DNA of 64,000 nt from Escherichia coli (GCF_003334355.1 NZ_QOWP01000001.1), one strand, 5' to 3'. Positions 25,191 through 42,733 are shown, numbered from the stretch's first letter. Numbers and translations are program-made. Notes: a model not told the origin generated them from the sequence alone.

Positions 25191-26528
25191 TTAAACGGCT
25201 TTTACTGCATCGGCGATGCGGTGTGCAAATTCAGTCACCTGCGCTTCGTCTTCGCCTTCCACCATCACGCGAATTAACGGTTCGGTGCCGGATTTACGCA
25301 GCAACACGCGTCCACGGTTGCCCAGCGCAGCTTCAACCTCTGTGGTCACGGCTTTAACTGACTCATGCTCAAGTGGATCGCCGCTACCTGCGGTGTAACG
25401 TACGTTAACCAGAATCTGCGGGAACATTTTCATGCCGCTGCAAAGGTCGTGCAGGCTCATATGGTTACGTGCCATAGCCGCCAGCACCTGCAAGCCAGCA
25501 ACGATGCCGTCACCGGTAGTAGTTTTATCCAGCAGGATCACATGACCGGAATTCTCTGCACCGATACGCCAGCCTTTCTCCTGCATTTTTTCCAGTACGT
25601 AGCGGTCACCCACTTTCGCGCGCGCAAATGGAATTCCTAACTGTTTCAGCGCCAGTTCAAGCCCCATGTTGCTCATCAATGTACCCACAGCGCCACCACG
25701 CAGCTGGCCCTGACGAAGACCTTCACGCGCGATGATATACATGATCTGATCGCCATCGACTTTATTGCCTTCATGGTCAACCATAATCACGCGATCGCCA
25801 TCGCCGTCGAAGGCAATACCGAGATCCGCTTTTTCAGCCAGCACACGAGCCTGGAGCGCGCGAACGTCGGTAGCCCCCACTTCGGCATTGATGTTTACAC
25901 CGTTTGGCTCACAACCGATAGCGATAACGTTCGCCCCCAGTTCGCGCAGCACGTTCGGCGCGATGTGATAAGTCGCACCGTTTGCACAATCCACCACAAT
26001 CTTCAGTTCACTGAGGCTAAGTTCGTTCGGGAACGTGGCTTTGCAAAACTCGATATAGCGACCCGCGGCATCAACGATACGGCTGGCTTTACCCAGTTCT
26101 GCCGAATCAACGCAGCTGATCTCCTTTTCCATTTCCGCTTCGATGGCCTCTTCTACCGCATCCGGCAGTTTGGTGCCGTCGATAGAGAAGAATTTAATGC
26201 CATTATCGTAGAACGGGTTATGCGATGCAGATATCACAATTCCGGCCTCTGCGCGGAAGGTACGCGTCAGATAAGCCACGGCCGGTGTTGGCATCGGGCC
26301 AGTGAAGAGTGCGGAAAGGCCCGCTGCCGCCAGACCCGCTTCCAGTGCTGACTCCAGCATATAGCCAGAAATACGCGTGTCTTTACCAATAATGATCTTA
26401 CGGGAGCCGTGGCGCGCCAGCACTTTACCCGCGGCCCAACCCAGCTTAAGCACAAAATCAGGTGTGATCGGCGCATCCCCTACACGACCACGAATCCCAT
26501 CGGTACCGAAATATTTACGATTACTCAT
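25191..26528 (-). CDS. glmM: Phosphoglucosamine mutase, 445 aa
   Basis: ORF track 25191..26528; ATG verified; GTDGIRG and active-site SASHNP motifs. Confidence 0.97.
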   Translation of the reverse strand: MSNRKYFGTDGIRGRVGDAPITPDFVLKLGWAAGKVLARHGSRKIIIGKDTRISGYMLESALEAGLAAAGLSALFTGPMPTPAVAYLTRTFRAEAGIVISASHNPFYDNGIKFFSIDGTKLPDAVEEAIEAEMEKEISCVDSAELGKASRIVDAAGRYIEFCKATFPNELSLSELKIVVDCANGATYHIAPNVLRELGANVIAIGCEPNGVNINAEVGATDVRALQARVLAEKADLGIAFDGDGDRVIMVDHEGNKVDGDQIMYIIAREGLRQGQLRGGAVGTLMSNMGLELALKQLGIPFARAKVGDRYVLEKMQEKGWRIGAENSGHVILLDKTTTGDGIVAGLQVLAAMARNHMSLHDLCSGMKMFPQILVNVRYTAGSGDPLEHESVKAVTTEVEAALGNRGRVLLRKSGTEPLIRVMVEGEDEAQVTEFAHRIADAVKAV

Positions 26529-27369
26529 AGCGTTTGTTTTCCTTTGCAGACAGAGTGGCTTCCACCACCCGCATCGCTTCTACGGTTTCTTTGACGTCAT
26601 GAACACGAATAATGTGCGCGCCTTGCATTGCGGCAATGACCGCACAGGCCAGACTACCGCTCAGGCGCTCGGACGGCCCCACGTTCAGCAGCTGCCCAAT
26701 CATCGATTTTCGTGACATACCTACCAACAGCGGCAGGTTGAAATGGTGAAATTCAGCCAGGCGCGCCAGTAATGAATAGTTATGGGAGAGATTTTTACCG
26801 AAACCGAATCCGGGGTCGAGCAACAATTTCTCTTTTGCGATACCCGCCTGCTCGCAACGTGCTATTTGCTCAATAAAGTAGCGATTCACTTCTGCAAAGA
26901 CATCGTCATACTTCGGAGCTTCCTGCATGGTTTTTGGATTTCCCTGCATATGCATCAGACAAACCGGTAAACCGGTTTCTGCAGCCGCCTCCAGAGCGCC
27001 AGGTTCGGAAAGGGAGCGGATATCATTAATAATGTGAGCGCCAACTTTCGCTGACTCACGGATGACTTCTGGTTTGGATGTATCTACCGAGATCCAGACT
27101 TCGAAGCGTTGAGCAATTGCCTCAACCACAGGAATAACACGTTGCAACTCTTCTTCAACGCTAACTTCCGCCGCCCCTGGGCGCGTGGACTCGCCACCAA
27201 CGTCAATGATCGTCGCGCCAGCGTTGATCATCAGATTCGCATGTTTCACCGCATCTATCAGCGAGTTATGCGTGCCACCATCCGAAAAGGAATCAGGCGT
27301 GACGTTGAGGATCCCCATTACGTGAGGATGGCTAAGGTCCAGTGAAGTACCCTGGGCAAAGAGTTTCAT
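26521..27369 (-). CDS. folP: Dihydropteroate synthase, 282 aa
   Basis: ORF track 26521..27435; trimmed to ATG giving [32 protein letters not shown]. Confidence 0.95.
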
Positions 27370-27395
27370 GATGTTATCCCTGGTATGAATTGATA

Positions 27396-27427
27396 AGAAA
27401 AAACCCCGGAGCACGCCCCGGGGTTTT
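27396..27427 (-). terminator. Intrinsic terminator between ftsH and folP
   Basis: Hairpin ccccgg-agcacgcc-ccgggg flanked by A-run and T-run. Confidence 0.65.
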
Positions 27428-27458
27428 CGGTACAAATACAGTCATCTGATGCGGGAAC

Positions 27459-29393
27459 TTACTTGTCGCCTAACTGCTCTGACATGGTGTTACCCGGGTT
27501 CGGCGTACGCGGTTCATCAACCGGACGAGGAGCCTTTGGACTACCATTGTCGCCAGAATTGTTAGAAGCGCCTGGTTCTTCCCAGCCCGCTGGCGGACGT
27601 ACATCGCGACGTGCCATCAGGTCATCAATCTGCGGTGCGTCGATAGTCTCATATTTCATGAGAGCATCTTTCATCGCATGCAGAATATCCATATTGTCGG
27701 TCAGAAGCTGACGCGCACGATTATAGTTACGCTCAATCAGTGCTTTCACTTCCTGGTCGATGATACGTGCAGTTTCATCGGACATATGTTTCGCTTTCGC
27801 TACGCTACGGCCGAGGAATACTTCACCTTCTTCTTCCGCGTACAGCAGTGGACCCAATTTCTCAGAGAAGCCCCACTGAGTCACCATGTTACGTGCCAGG
27901 TTGGTCGCAACTTTAATATCGTTGGACGCACCGGTAGAAACATGTTCCGGCCCGTAGATGATCTCTTCTGCCAGACGACCACCGTACAGCGTAGAAATCT
28001 GGCTTTCCAGTTTCTGACGGCTGGCGCTGATTGCGTCGCCCTCAGGCAAGAAGAAAGTCACACCCAGCGCACGACCGCGTGGGATAATCGTCACTTTGTG
28101 CACCGGATCGTGTTCCGGCACCAGGCGACCGATAATCGCATGACCCGCTTCGTGGTAAGCCGTTGATTCTTTCTGCGCTTCCGTCATCACCATGGAGCGA
28201 CGTTCCGCACCCATCATGATTTTGTCTTTCGCTTTCTCGAACTCAACCATCGACACAACGCGTTTGTTGCCACGAGCAGCGAACAGTGCCGCTTCGTTCA
28301 CCAGGTTCGCCAGGTCAGCACCGGAGAAACCAGGAGTACCACGGGCAATGATTGCCGCGTCGATATCGGGTGCCAATGGTACGCGACGCATGTGAACTTT
28401 CAGGATCTGCTCACGACCGCGAACATCTGGCAAGCCAACCACAACCTGACGGTCGAAACGGCCAGGACGCAGCAGGGCCGGGTCGAGAACGTCCGGACGG
28501 TTAGTCGCGGCGATAACGATGATACCTTCGTTACCTTCGAAGCCATCCATCTCAACCAGCATCTGGTTCAGAGTCTGTTCACGTTCATCGTGACCACCGC
28601 CCAGACCAGCGCCACGCTGGCGGCCTACGGCGTCGATTTCATCGATAAAGATGATGCACGGTGCCGCTTTCTTCGCCTGTTCGAACATGTCACGAACACG
28701 GGATGCACCCACACCGACGAACATTTCTACGAAGTCAGAACCGGAGATAGTAAAGAACGGAACTTTCGCTTCGCCTGCAATCGCTTTCGCCAGCAGCGTT
28801 TTACCGGTACCCGGAGGACCGACCATCAGGACGCCTTTCGGGATCTTACCGCCGAGTTTCTGGAAGCGGCTCGGCTCGCGCAGATACTCAACCAGTTCAG
28901 CAACTTCTTCTTTTGCTTCGTCGCAGCCCGCAACGTCAGCAAAGGTCGTTTTGATCTGATCTTCCGTCAACATGCGCGCTTTGCTCTTACCAAACGACAT
29001 GGCACCTTTGCCACCGCCGCCCTGCATTTGACGCATGAAGAAGATCCAGACACCAATCAGCAACAGCATCGGGAACCAGGAGATGAAGATAGAAGCCAGC
29101 AAGCTTGGTTCTTCAGGCGGTTCACCGACAACCTTGACGTTCTTGGTCAACAGGTTATCCAGTAATTTCGGATCCTGAACCGGAATGTAAGTGGTATAAC
29201 GGTTACTATCTTTCTTGGTAACGTTGATTTCACGTCCGTTGATACGCGCTTCACGAACCTGGTCGTTATTGACCTCTTGTAGGAAGGTAGAGTAATCCAC
29301 CTTACGGCCATTAGACTCGCTGGGCCCAAAGCTCTGGAATACTGACATCAGCACAACGGCAATGACCAGCCAGAGTATTAGGTTTTTCGCCAT
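27459..29393 (-). CDS. ftsH: ATP-dependent zinc metalloprotease FtsH (HflB), 644 aa
   Basis: ORF track 27459..29402; trimmed to ATG giving [13 protein letters not shown]; Walker A GPPGTGKT and zinc-binding HEAGH motifs. Confidence 0.97.
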
Positions 29394-29492
29394 GTCACTC
29401 AAGGGATTAACCTCTTATTACAACTGTGTTAAAAACAGCGTCAGGATACTCTATATCCAGCATCTTTCAAACTTTCGTCTGAAATCTCCCGG

Positions 29493-30122
29493 TTAGGGTT
29501 TACGCCCGGTCGCTACAATATACACTTCCCGCGAACGTGCACGAGAAGAGTCCGGCTTACGAACTTTAACCTTCGTAAACAGGGAGCGAATTTCCCTTAG
29601 ATACTCATCGAAACCTTCGCCCTGGAACACCTTCACTACAAAACTGCCACCTGGCGCTAATACATCACGACACATTTCTAGCGCCAGTTCCACCAGATAC
29701 ATGGCACGGGGGATATCCACCGCCGGTGTTCCGCTCATGTTTGGTGCCATATCGGACATGACAACCTGGACTTTGCTGTCGCCAACGCGCTCCAGCAGTG
29801 CTTTCATCACCAGTTCATCACGAAAATCGCCCTGAAGAAAGTCCACACCAACGATAGGATCCATAGGTAAAAGATCGCAAGCGATGATGCGGCCTTTGCC
29901 GCCAATTTGGGTGACCACATATTGTGACCAACCACCCGGAGCAGCACCAAGGTCGACAACCGTCATTCCCGGTTTAAAGAGTTTGTCACTTTGCTGTATT
30001 TCATCAAGTTTAAACCAGGCACGGGAACGTAACCCCTTTTTCTGTGCCTGTTGAACATATTTATCGCTAAAGTGTTCCTGAAGCCAGCGGCTGGAGCTGG
30101 CAGAACGCTTCTTACCTGTCAT
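29493..30122 (-). CDS. rlmE: 23S rRNA 2'-O-ribose U2552 methyltransferase RlmE (FtsJ/RrmJ), 209 aa
   Basis: ORF track 29493..30122; ATG verified. Confidence 0.95.
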
Positions 30123-30247
30123 TTAACTTTCCCATGGGGATAACTCATCGTAACCAATTGCGTAAATTTTTACGCGCCTATTTGGTGATATATGGGAGAT
30201 GGCGGTAGAATGACCCGTTTTCAATCCCAACGTAAGCAAAAAATACG

Positions 30248-30541
30248 ATGAATCTGAGTACTAAACAAAAACAGCACCTGAAAGGTCTGGCACATCCGCT
30301 CAAGCCAGTTGTTCTGCTTGGCAGTAATGGTTTGACCGAAGGGGTGCTGGCCGAGATTGAACAAGCGTTAGAGCACCATGAACTCATCAAGGTGAAAATC
30401 GCCACCGAAGATCGCGAAACTAAAACCTTGATCGTGGAAGCTATCGTGCGCGAAACCGGCGCCTGTAATGTACAGGTCATCGGTAAAACGCTGGTGCTTT
30501 ATCGCCCAACTAAAGAACGTAAAATCTCGCTGCCACGCTAA
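30248..30541 (+). CDS. yhbY: RNA-binding protein YhbY (CRS1/YhbY domain), 97 aa
   Basis: ORF track 30248..30541; ATG verified. Confidence 0.93.
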   Translation: MNLSTKQKQHLKGLAHPLKPVVLLGSNGLTEGVLAEIEQALEHHELIKVKIATEDRETKTLIVEAIVRETGACNVQVIGKTLVLYRPTKERKISLPR

Positions 30542-30628
30542 GATTATCCTAAAGTTACACACATTTGCTGTGTAAAACGAGGGGTTTTCCGCAGGCAGGA
30601 GAGCAAAATGCCACGCTCTGTTCGTTGA

Positions 30629-30655
30629 TAAAAGGCCGCATAGCGGCCTTTTTCC
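30629..30655. terminator. Bidirectional intrinsic terminator between convergent yhbY and greA
   Basis: Hairpin aggccgc-ata-gcggcct flanked by A-run upstream and T-run downstream. Confidence 0.75.
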
Positions 30656-30696
30656 TTTCTTTACAATACATCAACATCTTGAGTATTGGGTAATTC

Positions 30697-31173
<477 letters not shown>

Positions 31174-31267
31174 TTGTTATACCTCTTGAATATTCCTGAT
31201 GGGGCAAGTCTTCACCCACCCCGGCTGTTCGGCCTGCCCGGCATAACTCCTCACCGGGACCAGAAGC

Positions 31268-31345
31268 AAAAAAATACCGACCCGGGTACAAGTCCCAGGT
31301 CAGCTACAATTCACATTTTGATAGTCATTTTACCCTGAAGTTCCC
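31268..31345 (-). ncRNA. graL: greA leader attenuator region (GraL-type short transcripts), approximate
   Basis: On the minus strand a hairpin gacctggg-acttgta-cccgggtc is followed by ggtattttttt, i.e. an intrinsic terminator inside the greA 5' leader; start not mapped. Confidence 0.4.
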
Positions 31346-31420
31346 GAAGGGTCATCGTTTACTTTATAGGGCGTTGCGCCGTAGTATGACGGCTCGATTC
31401 CAGGTTGTTAGCGCGAGATT

Positions 31421-32854
31421 ATGCGATTTTCCAGATTTATCATCGGATTGACCAGCTGTATAGCGTTCAGTGTTCAGGCCGCAAATGTTGATGAGTACAT
31501 TACTCAACTCCCCGCTGGTGCCAACCTTGCCCTGATGGTGCAAAAAGTCGGCGCGTCGGCCCCCGCTATTGATTACCACAGTCAGCAGATGGCGCTGCCT
31601 GCCAGTACCCAGAAAGTGATTACTGCGCTGGCGGCGTTGATTCAACTCGGCCCCGATTTTCGTTTTACCACGACGCTTGAAACCAAAGGCAATGTGGAAA
31701 ACGGCGTACTTAAGGGTGACTTAGTGGCGCGATTTGGTGCCGATCCGACGTTAAAACGTCAGGATATTCGCAATATGGTCGCGACTTTGAAAAAATCTGG
31801 CGTCAACCAAATCGATGGCAATGTGTTGATAGATACCTCCATTTTCGCCAGCCACGATAAAGCCCCCGGCTGGCCATGGAATGACATGACACAATGCTTT
31901 AGCGCTCCGCCTGCCGCCGCCATAGTTGACCGCAACTGTTTCTCCGTCTCGCTCTACAGTGCCCCAAAGCCTGGTGATATGGCTTTTATACGCGTGGCAT
32001 CTTATTACCCCGTTACGATGTTCAGCCAGGTACGCACCCTCCCCCGTGGTTCTGCCGAAGCGCAATACTGCGAACTGGATGTGGTGCCAGGCGACCTGAA
32101 CCGCTTTACGCTGACGGGATGCCTGCCACAACGTTCTGAGCCGCTCCCGTTGGCTTTTGCCGTGCAGGATGGAGCCAGCTATGCCGGTGCAATTCTGAAA
32201 GATGAGTTAAAACAGGCGGGTATCACCTGGAGCGGAACACTGCTGCGCCAGACTCAGGTTAACGAACCTGGAACGGTAGTTGCCAGTAAACAGTCGGCCC
32301 CGCTGCACGATCTGCTTAAGATTATGCTGAAAAAGTCGGACAACATGATCGCCGATACGGTTTTCCGCATGATAGGCCATGCGCGCTTCAATGTGCCTGG
32401 AACATGGCGGGCCGGGTCGGACGCCGTGCGTCAGATCCTGCGCCAGCAAGCCGGTGTCGATATTGGAAACACCATTATTGCCGATGGTTCAGGGCTTTCG
32501 CGGCATAACCTGATTGCCCCCGCCACCATGATGCAGGTGCTGCAATACATTGCCCAACACGACAATGAACTTAACTTTATCTCCATGCTGCCGCTGGCGG
32601 GCTATGACGGCTCTTTGCAGTACCGTGCAGGTCTGCATCAGGCGGGCGTGGATGGAAAAGTCTCAGCGAAAACCGGTTCGTTGCAGGGGGTATATAACCT
32701 GGCGGGATTCATTACCACAGCGAGCGGGCAACGAATGGCGTTTGTGCAATATCTTTCTGGCTATGCAGTAGAACCTGCGGATCAGCGTAATCGCCGTATT
32801 CCGTTAGTGCGTTTTGAAAGCCGTTTGTATAAAGATATTTATCAGAACAATTAG
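31421..32854 (+). CDS. dacB: D-alanyl-D-alanine carboxypeptidase/endopeptidase PBP4, 477 aa
   Basis: ORF track 31421..32854; ATG verified; signal peptide and active-site STQK motif. Confidence 0.95.
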   Translation: MRFSRFIIGLTSCIAFSVQAANVDEYITQLPAGANLALMVQKVGASAPAIDYHSQQMALPASTQKVITALAALIQLGPDFRFTTTLETKGNVENGVLKGDLVARFGADPTLKRQDIRNMVATLKKSGVNQIDGNVLIDTSIFASHDKAPGWPWNDMTQCFSAPPAAAIVDRNCFSVSLYSAPKPGDMAFIRVASYYPVTMFSQVRTLPRGSAEAQYCELDVVPGDLNRFTLTGCLPQRSEPLPLAFAVQDGASYAGAILKDELKQAGITWSGTLLRQTQVNEPGTVVASKQSAPLHDLLKIMLKKSDNMIADTVFRMIGHARFNVPGTWRAGSDAVRQILRQQAGVDIGNTIIADGSGLSRHNLIAPATMMQVLQYIAQHDNELNFISMLPLAGYDGSLQYRAGLHQAGVDGKVSAKTGSLQGVYNLAGFITTASGQRMAFVQYLSGYAVEPADQRNRRIPLVRFESRLYKDIYQNN

Positions 32855-32860
32855 TCAAAA

Positions 32861-32886
32861 AGAAACCCCGGCACATGGCCGGGGCT
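32861..32886. terminator. Hairpin terminator between dacB and obgE
   Basis: ccccggc-acatg-gccgggg stem-loop flanked by A/T-rich runs. Confidence 0.6.
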
Positions 32887-32917
32887 TCAGATTATTGACA
32901 AAGTGCGCTTTGTTTAT

Positions 32918-33017
<100 letters not shown>

Positions 33018-33039
33018 ATTTGGCGTTTATCATCAGTGA

Positions 33040-34227
<1,188 letters not shown>

Positions 34228-35193
34228 TCATTCGCCTGCGCGGGGTTGCGATACCACCGTTGTATGCTTACGTAATCCGCCCCAAATACGATGACCAATG
34301 GCGGAATACATCGCGCCCGCAACCACGACAAACGCACCGAGATAACCTAAAAGGTTTAACATCGGTCTGGCGAAGAAATCGGGCCAGGCCAGTGATAAAA
34401 GATCTGAAAAAAACAGCGTAAACAGTGGGGTGAGCGTGATGATCGCGCTCACCTGCGCTGCCTGCCAGCGAACCATCGCTTCCGCCAGGGCGCCATATCC
34501 TACCAATGTATTCAGTCCGCAAAAAATTAAACATGCGAGCTGCCAGTGGCTAAGCTGCGCTATCACTCCAGGCTTTGCCAGAGGGAAGAGCGCAATTGTA
34601 CATAAAGTGTACAGTAAAAACAGGATCTGCGGTGAGGCCAGCCGACGCAATAAAACCTTTTGCGCCACGCCATAACTCACCCAAACCGTCGCAGCACCGA
34701 CCCCAAAGATAACTCCCCAGGTGTAATCGGTGAGCTTTGTAAATATCTCGACCAGACTGGTGTTAAAAAACATCACCAGGCCGCTCAGGAGCATCAATGC
34801 CCCTACAACCTGAGTGCTGCGCATTTTCTCTTTCAGGATAAATACGCTGGCAACCATCATGCCAACTGGCGAGAGTTGCCCAATCACCTGCGAAGCGGTC
34901 GGACTCAGGTATTGCAAGGATGAGCTGAACAGGATGAAGTTCCCAAACAGCCCGGCGGTCGCCACTGCCAACAAAATCAACCAGCGTGGCTTACGAAACA
35001 CGCGTAATGGCGGCAACCTCTTCTTCACCGCAAGAATGGCACCCAGGCCAATACTCGCCATCAAGAAACGGTAAAACACGATTGTCGGAGGTTCCATCAC
35101 CTCCAGCACCTGCTTCATTGCGATTGGCAACGCCCCCCAGCAAATTGCTGTGGTGAGCGCCAAAAGAATGCCAATGCCTGCCTGCTGCTTCAT
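34228..35193 (-). CDS. yhbE: EamA/DMT-family inner membrane transporter YhbE, 321 aa
   Basis: ORF track 34228..35193; ATG verified; polytopic hydrophobic protein. Confidence 0.88.
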   Translation of the reverse strand: MKQQAGIGILLALTTAICWGALPIAMKQVLEVMEPPTIVFYRFLMASIGLGAILAVKKRLPPLRVFRKPRWLILLAVATAGLFGNFILFSSSLQYLSPTASQVIGQLSPVGMMVASVFILKEKMRSTQVVGALMLLSGLVMFFNTSLVEIFTKLTDYTWGVIFGVGAATVWVSYGVAQKVLLRRLASPQILFLLYTLCTIALFPLAKPGVIAQLSHWQLACLIFCGLNTLVGYGALAEAMVRWQAAQVSAIITLTPLFTLFFSDLLSLAWPDFFARPMLNLLGYLGAFVVVAGAMYSAIGHRIWGGLRKHTTVVSQPRAGE

Positions 35194-35264
35194 ACCGTAT
35201 TCCCTGCAAAGCGCATTTGCGGATTAACGTCGCACCATGCTCATTTTTACCGGTTATCGAATGT

Positions 35265-35292
35265 AAAAAGCCCCGCAACGTGTTGCGGGGCT
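35265..35292 (-). terminator. Intrinsic terminator downstream of rpmA
   Basis: Hairpin agccccgcaac-gt-gttgcggggct followed on minus strand by U-run. Confidence 0.75.
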
Positions 35293-35319
35293 TTCATCCG
35301 TTACCGGGACGCGAAAAAC

Positions 35320-35945
<626 letters not shown>

Positions 35946-36167
35946 TCAGAGTGCGCTATAAATATTCACAATAGGGCGCGAATATTACGCAAAACGCACG
36001 CCTTTGACAAGTGCTACAGTCAATACACGAAGAAAAAAAACACAACTTGTACGGTAACGTTTATCTGTGCCATTTTTTCAGTACAATCACCCTATATTCC
36101 TAACCATAAACCCTAAGTTGCCTTTGTTCACAGTAAGGTAATCGGGGCGAAAAGCCCGGCTTTTGCG

Positions 36168-37139
36168 ATGAATTTAGAAAAAATCAATGAGTTAACCGCG
36201 CAAGATATGGCGGGTGTTAATGCGGCAATCCTTGAGCAGCTTAATTCCGACGTCCAACTGATCAATCAGTTAGGCTATTACATCGTCAGCGGCGGCGGTA
36301 AACGTATTCGTCCGATGATTGCTGTACTGGCTGCACGAGCTGTTGGCTATGAGGGAAATGCGCATGTCACCATTGCTGCCTTGATCGAGTTTATCCACAC
36401 GGCGACTCTGCTACACGACGACGTTGTGGATGAATCAGATATGCGCAGGGGTAAAGCTACCGCCAACGCCGCATTTGGCAATGCCGCCAGCGTGCTGGTA
36501 GGCGATTTTATTTATACCCGCGCTTTCCAGATGATGACCAGCCTCGGTTCACTCAAAGTGCTGGAAGTCATGTCAGAAGCCGTAAACGTCATCGCAGAAG
36601 GTGAAGTTCTGCAACTGATGAATGTTAACGATCCGGACATCACTGAAGAAAACTACATGCGCGTTATCTATAGCAAAACCGCGCGTCTGTTTGAGGCTGC
36701 CGCGCAGTGTTCCGGAATTCTGGCTGGCTGTACGCCGGAGGAGGAGAAAGGCCTGCAGGATTATGGGCGCTATCTCGGCACTGCTTTCCAGTTGATCGAC
36801 GATTTACTCGATTACAATGCCGATGGCGAACAGTTAGGTAAAAACGTCGGCGACGATCTGAACGAAGGAAAACCGACGCTGCCGCTGCTGCATGCGATGC
36901 ATCATGGCACACCAGAACAGGCACAGATGATCCGTACCGCCATCGAACAGGGTAACGGTCGCCATCTTCTGGAACCGGTTCTGGAAGCAATGAACGCTTG
37001 TGGATCTCTTGAATGGACGCGTCAGCGCGCCGAGGAAGAAGCAGACAAAGCCATCGCAGCGTTACAGGTGCTCCCGGACACCCCTTGGCGAGAAGCACTC
37101 ATCGGCCTCGCGCACATCGCTGTTCAACGCGATCGTTAA
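36168..37139 (+). CDS. ispB: Octaprenyl diphosphate synthase, 323 aa
   Basis: ORF track 36168..37139; ATG verified; polyprenyl synthase DDxxD motifs (LLHDDVVD, QLIDDLLD). Confidence 0.95.
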   Translation: MNLEKINELTAQDMAGVNAAILEQLNSDVQLINQLGYYIVSGGGKRIRPMIAVLAARAVGYEGNAHVTIAALIEFIHTATLLHDDVVDESDMRRGKATANAAFGNAASVLVGDFIYTRAFQMMTSLGSLKVLEVMSEAVNVIAEGEVLQLMNVNDPDITEENYMRVIYSKTARLFEAAAQCSGILAGCTPEEEKGLQDYGRYLGTAFQLIDDLLDYNADGEQLGKNVGDDLNEGKPTLPLLHAMHHGTPEQAQMIRTAIEQGNGRHLLEPVLEAMNACGSLEWTRQRAEEEADKAIAALQVLPDTPWREALIGLAHIAVQRDR

Positions 37140-37367
37140 TCCCCTCCCCTCATCCCGCGCAGTGCGCGGGATGATTCCAGTAAACTCCATAAGAATACTT
37201 ATTCAGCGTAATAATGCACTGAAAAACCAGTGTATACATCTTTATATATTCTGAATATTCACACTCTTTACAGGAACTTTTTAGAGCAATCGGCCATCAG
37301 GAGTATAGTGATGCTCGACAGAAGAAGTGTTCTGAATGAAAGCGACTAACTTAAGGAGTGAGGAAAG

Positions 37368-37646
37368 ATGGAAAGTAATTTCATTGACTGGCATCCCGCT
37401 GACATCATTGCGGGTTTGCGCAAGAAGGGAACGTCAATGGCGGCGGAATCTCGCAGAAATGGTTTGAGTTCCTCAACGCTGGCGAATGCATTATCGCGCC
37501 CATGGCCGAAAGGAGAGATGATTATTGCGAAGGCCCTGGGAACTGACCCCTGGGTTATCTGGCCATCACGCTACCATGATCCGCAGACCCATGAGTTTAT
37601 CGACAGAACGCAGTTGATGCGTAGCTACACTAAACCGAAAAAATGA
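37368..37646 (+). CDS. sfsB: Ner-like DNA-binding transcriptional regulator SfsB (Nlp), 92 aa
   Basis: ORF track 37368..37646; ATG preceded by AGGAAAG. Confidence 0.9.
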   Translation: MESNFIDWHPADIIAGLRKKGTSMAAESRRNGLSSSTLANALSRPWPKGEMIIAKALGTDPWVIWPSRYHDPQTHEFIDRTQLMRSYTKPKK

Positions 37647-37693
37647 GTGGTCTGGCGGTAGCCCCGCGTACGGGGCTGCCAGCTTTCAGACGA

Positions 37694-38953
<1,260 letters not shown>

Positions 38954-39007
38954 TTAGTTTGTTCTCAGTTAACAATTCATATCCGCTACCGGCGAATCGC
39001 CCATAGC

Positions 39008-39262
39008 TCAAAAGCCGTTCAGTTTGCGATCGCGCGCCCACTCCGCAGGGGTATACGCTTTGATCGACACAGCATGAATGCGGTTATCCGCAATATATTC
39101 CATCAGCGGACCATAGACCGTCTGCTGTTTTTTAACCCGACTCATGCCGTCAAACAACTCACCCACGGCAATAACCTGAAAGTGGCTGCCATCGCCGGAA
39201 ACGTGGACTTCCTGGAGGGAGAGAGCGTTCATCAACACGCTCTGAATTTCATTATTTTCCAT
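39008..39262 (-). CDS. ibaG: BolA-family acid-stress protein IbaG (YrbA), 84 aa
   Basis: ORF track 39008..39277; second in-frame ATG gives [14 protein letters not shown] matching recalled 84-aa form. Confidence 0.88.
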
Positions 39263-39421
39263 GGGATCTTCAATCATCAGTTAATAAACCAGCGAAACAT
39301 CTTAGAGCAAAGTTGCGCTGGCATAAATAAGCAAAAAGCCTCGCTGATAAATCAGACAAGGCTCGACTTGCAGGCAGGTTTGCCGGACAGGCGGTTAACG
39401 CCATATCCGGCCTGAAAAAAT

Positions 39422-39714
39422 TTAACGAGGCAGAACATCAGCAGGCAAATTATACAATTTCGCCAGGGTATACACTTTGTCGTTTACCCCCTGAAGCGTC
39501 ACATTGTTGCCCTGCTTTTTCGCCAGATCGATAAGATGGAGCAGCAGTGCCAGTCCCCCCGTATCCACGCGGGAGACACGGCTAAGATCGATGCAGGTAA
39601 TCCCCTTCACCGCTTCCTCACGCATTTCCCAAAGCGGTAGCAAAACGTCCTGATCCAGCTCTCCGGATAACGCCAGCGTGTCACCCGTCTGCATCCAGCT
39701 CAGTGACTCGCTCA

Positions 39715-39715
<1 letters not shown>
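39422..39715 (-). CDS. mlaB: STAS-domain protein MlaB of the Mla phospholipid transport system, 97 aa
   Basis: ORF track 39422..39811; trimmed to ATG giving MSESLSWMQTGDTLALSGELD; start overlaps mlaC stop. Confidence 0.9.
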
Positions 39716-40368
<653 letters not shown>

Positions 40369-40920
40369 TTATTTCGTTGTACCCACAGGTTCAGTGGTTT
40401 CATTATTACCTGGCGCAGCAGCTGGCGCATCGCCACTATTCTTATTGTCATCGCCTTTACTACCGTAAAGGAACTGACCAATGAGATCTTCCAGCACCAT
40501 CGCAGACTTAGTGTCCTGAATTGTATCGCCATCCTTCAGGATAGCAGTCCCCAGTTCCGGGTCTTCAAAACCGACGTTTAATGCCAGATATTGTTCCCCC
40601 AGCAGGCCGGAAGTACGAATGCTCAGCGAACTGGTATCTGGAATGTGGTTATAACGTTGTTCAATTTCCAGCGTTACGCGCGGCAGATAGGTTTTCGGGT
40701 CCAGCGTAATATCCGCCACCCGACCCACAACAACGCCACCAATACTGACCGGAGAGCGCGCTTTCAGGCCGCCAATGTTATCGAACGTCGCATAAAGCGT
40801 GTAGGTCGGTTCAGTACGTATGGACGTCACGTTCGCCGCCTTCAGGCAAACAAACAGCGCCGCCAGCAGTGCTGCTAATAAAAAGATACCCACCCAAATT
40901 TCATTTTTTTTCGTTTGCAT
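40369..40920 (-). CDS. mlaD: MCE-domain protein MlaD, 183 aa
   Basis: ORF track 40369..40935; trimmed to ATG giving MQTKKNEIWVGIFLLAALL. Confidence 0.93.
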   Translation of the reverse strand: MQTKKNEIWVGIFLLAALLAALFVCLKAANVTSIRTEPTYTLYATFDNIGGLKARSPVSIGGVVVGRVADITLDPKTYLPRVTLEIEQRYNHIPDTSSLSIRTSGLLGEQYLALNVGFEDPELGTAILKDGDTIQDTKSAMVLEDLIGQFLYGSKGDDNKNSGDAPAAAPGNNETTEPVGTTK

Positions 40921-40924
40921 GAAC

Positions 40925-42524
<1,600 letters not shown>

Positions 42525-42733
42525 AATTCACCCTTCGTCTTGCGTTGATTTTCTAAGCATGGCGCTCAATTTAACCTTGAACCCAACATATTTACAGAAT
42601 ATTACCCGCCGTGGTTAGCGAAAGCTGGCATTTGTTTTACTTTTTAGCCGCATAAAGTCAAAATTAAGAATCCGTTACGGCTTTCTGAAAATCTTCAGCG
42701 GACCGGCGAGTATACCTGAAGAAAGGACGTTAG

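Noticed and set aside
28392-29165. 257-aa plus-strand ORF
   Set aside because: Antisense to ftsH.
36123-36160. Small hairpin gggcgaaaagccc plus T-run just upstream of the ispB start
   Set aside because: Short stem, overlaps the likely ispB ribosome-binding region; no clear upstream gene to terminate, so not called as a terminator.
37651-37690. Hairpin between sfsB and murA
   Set aside because: Stem is plausible (agccccg-cgta-cggggct) but the flanking U-run is weak or distant on both strands; insufficient for a terminator call.
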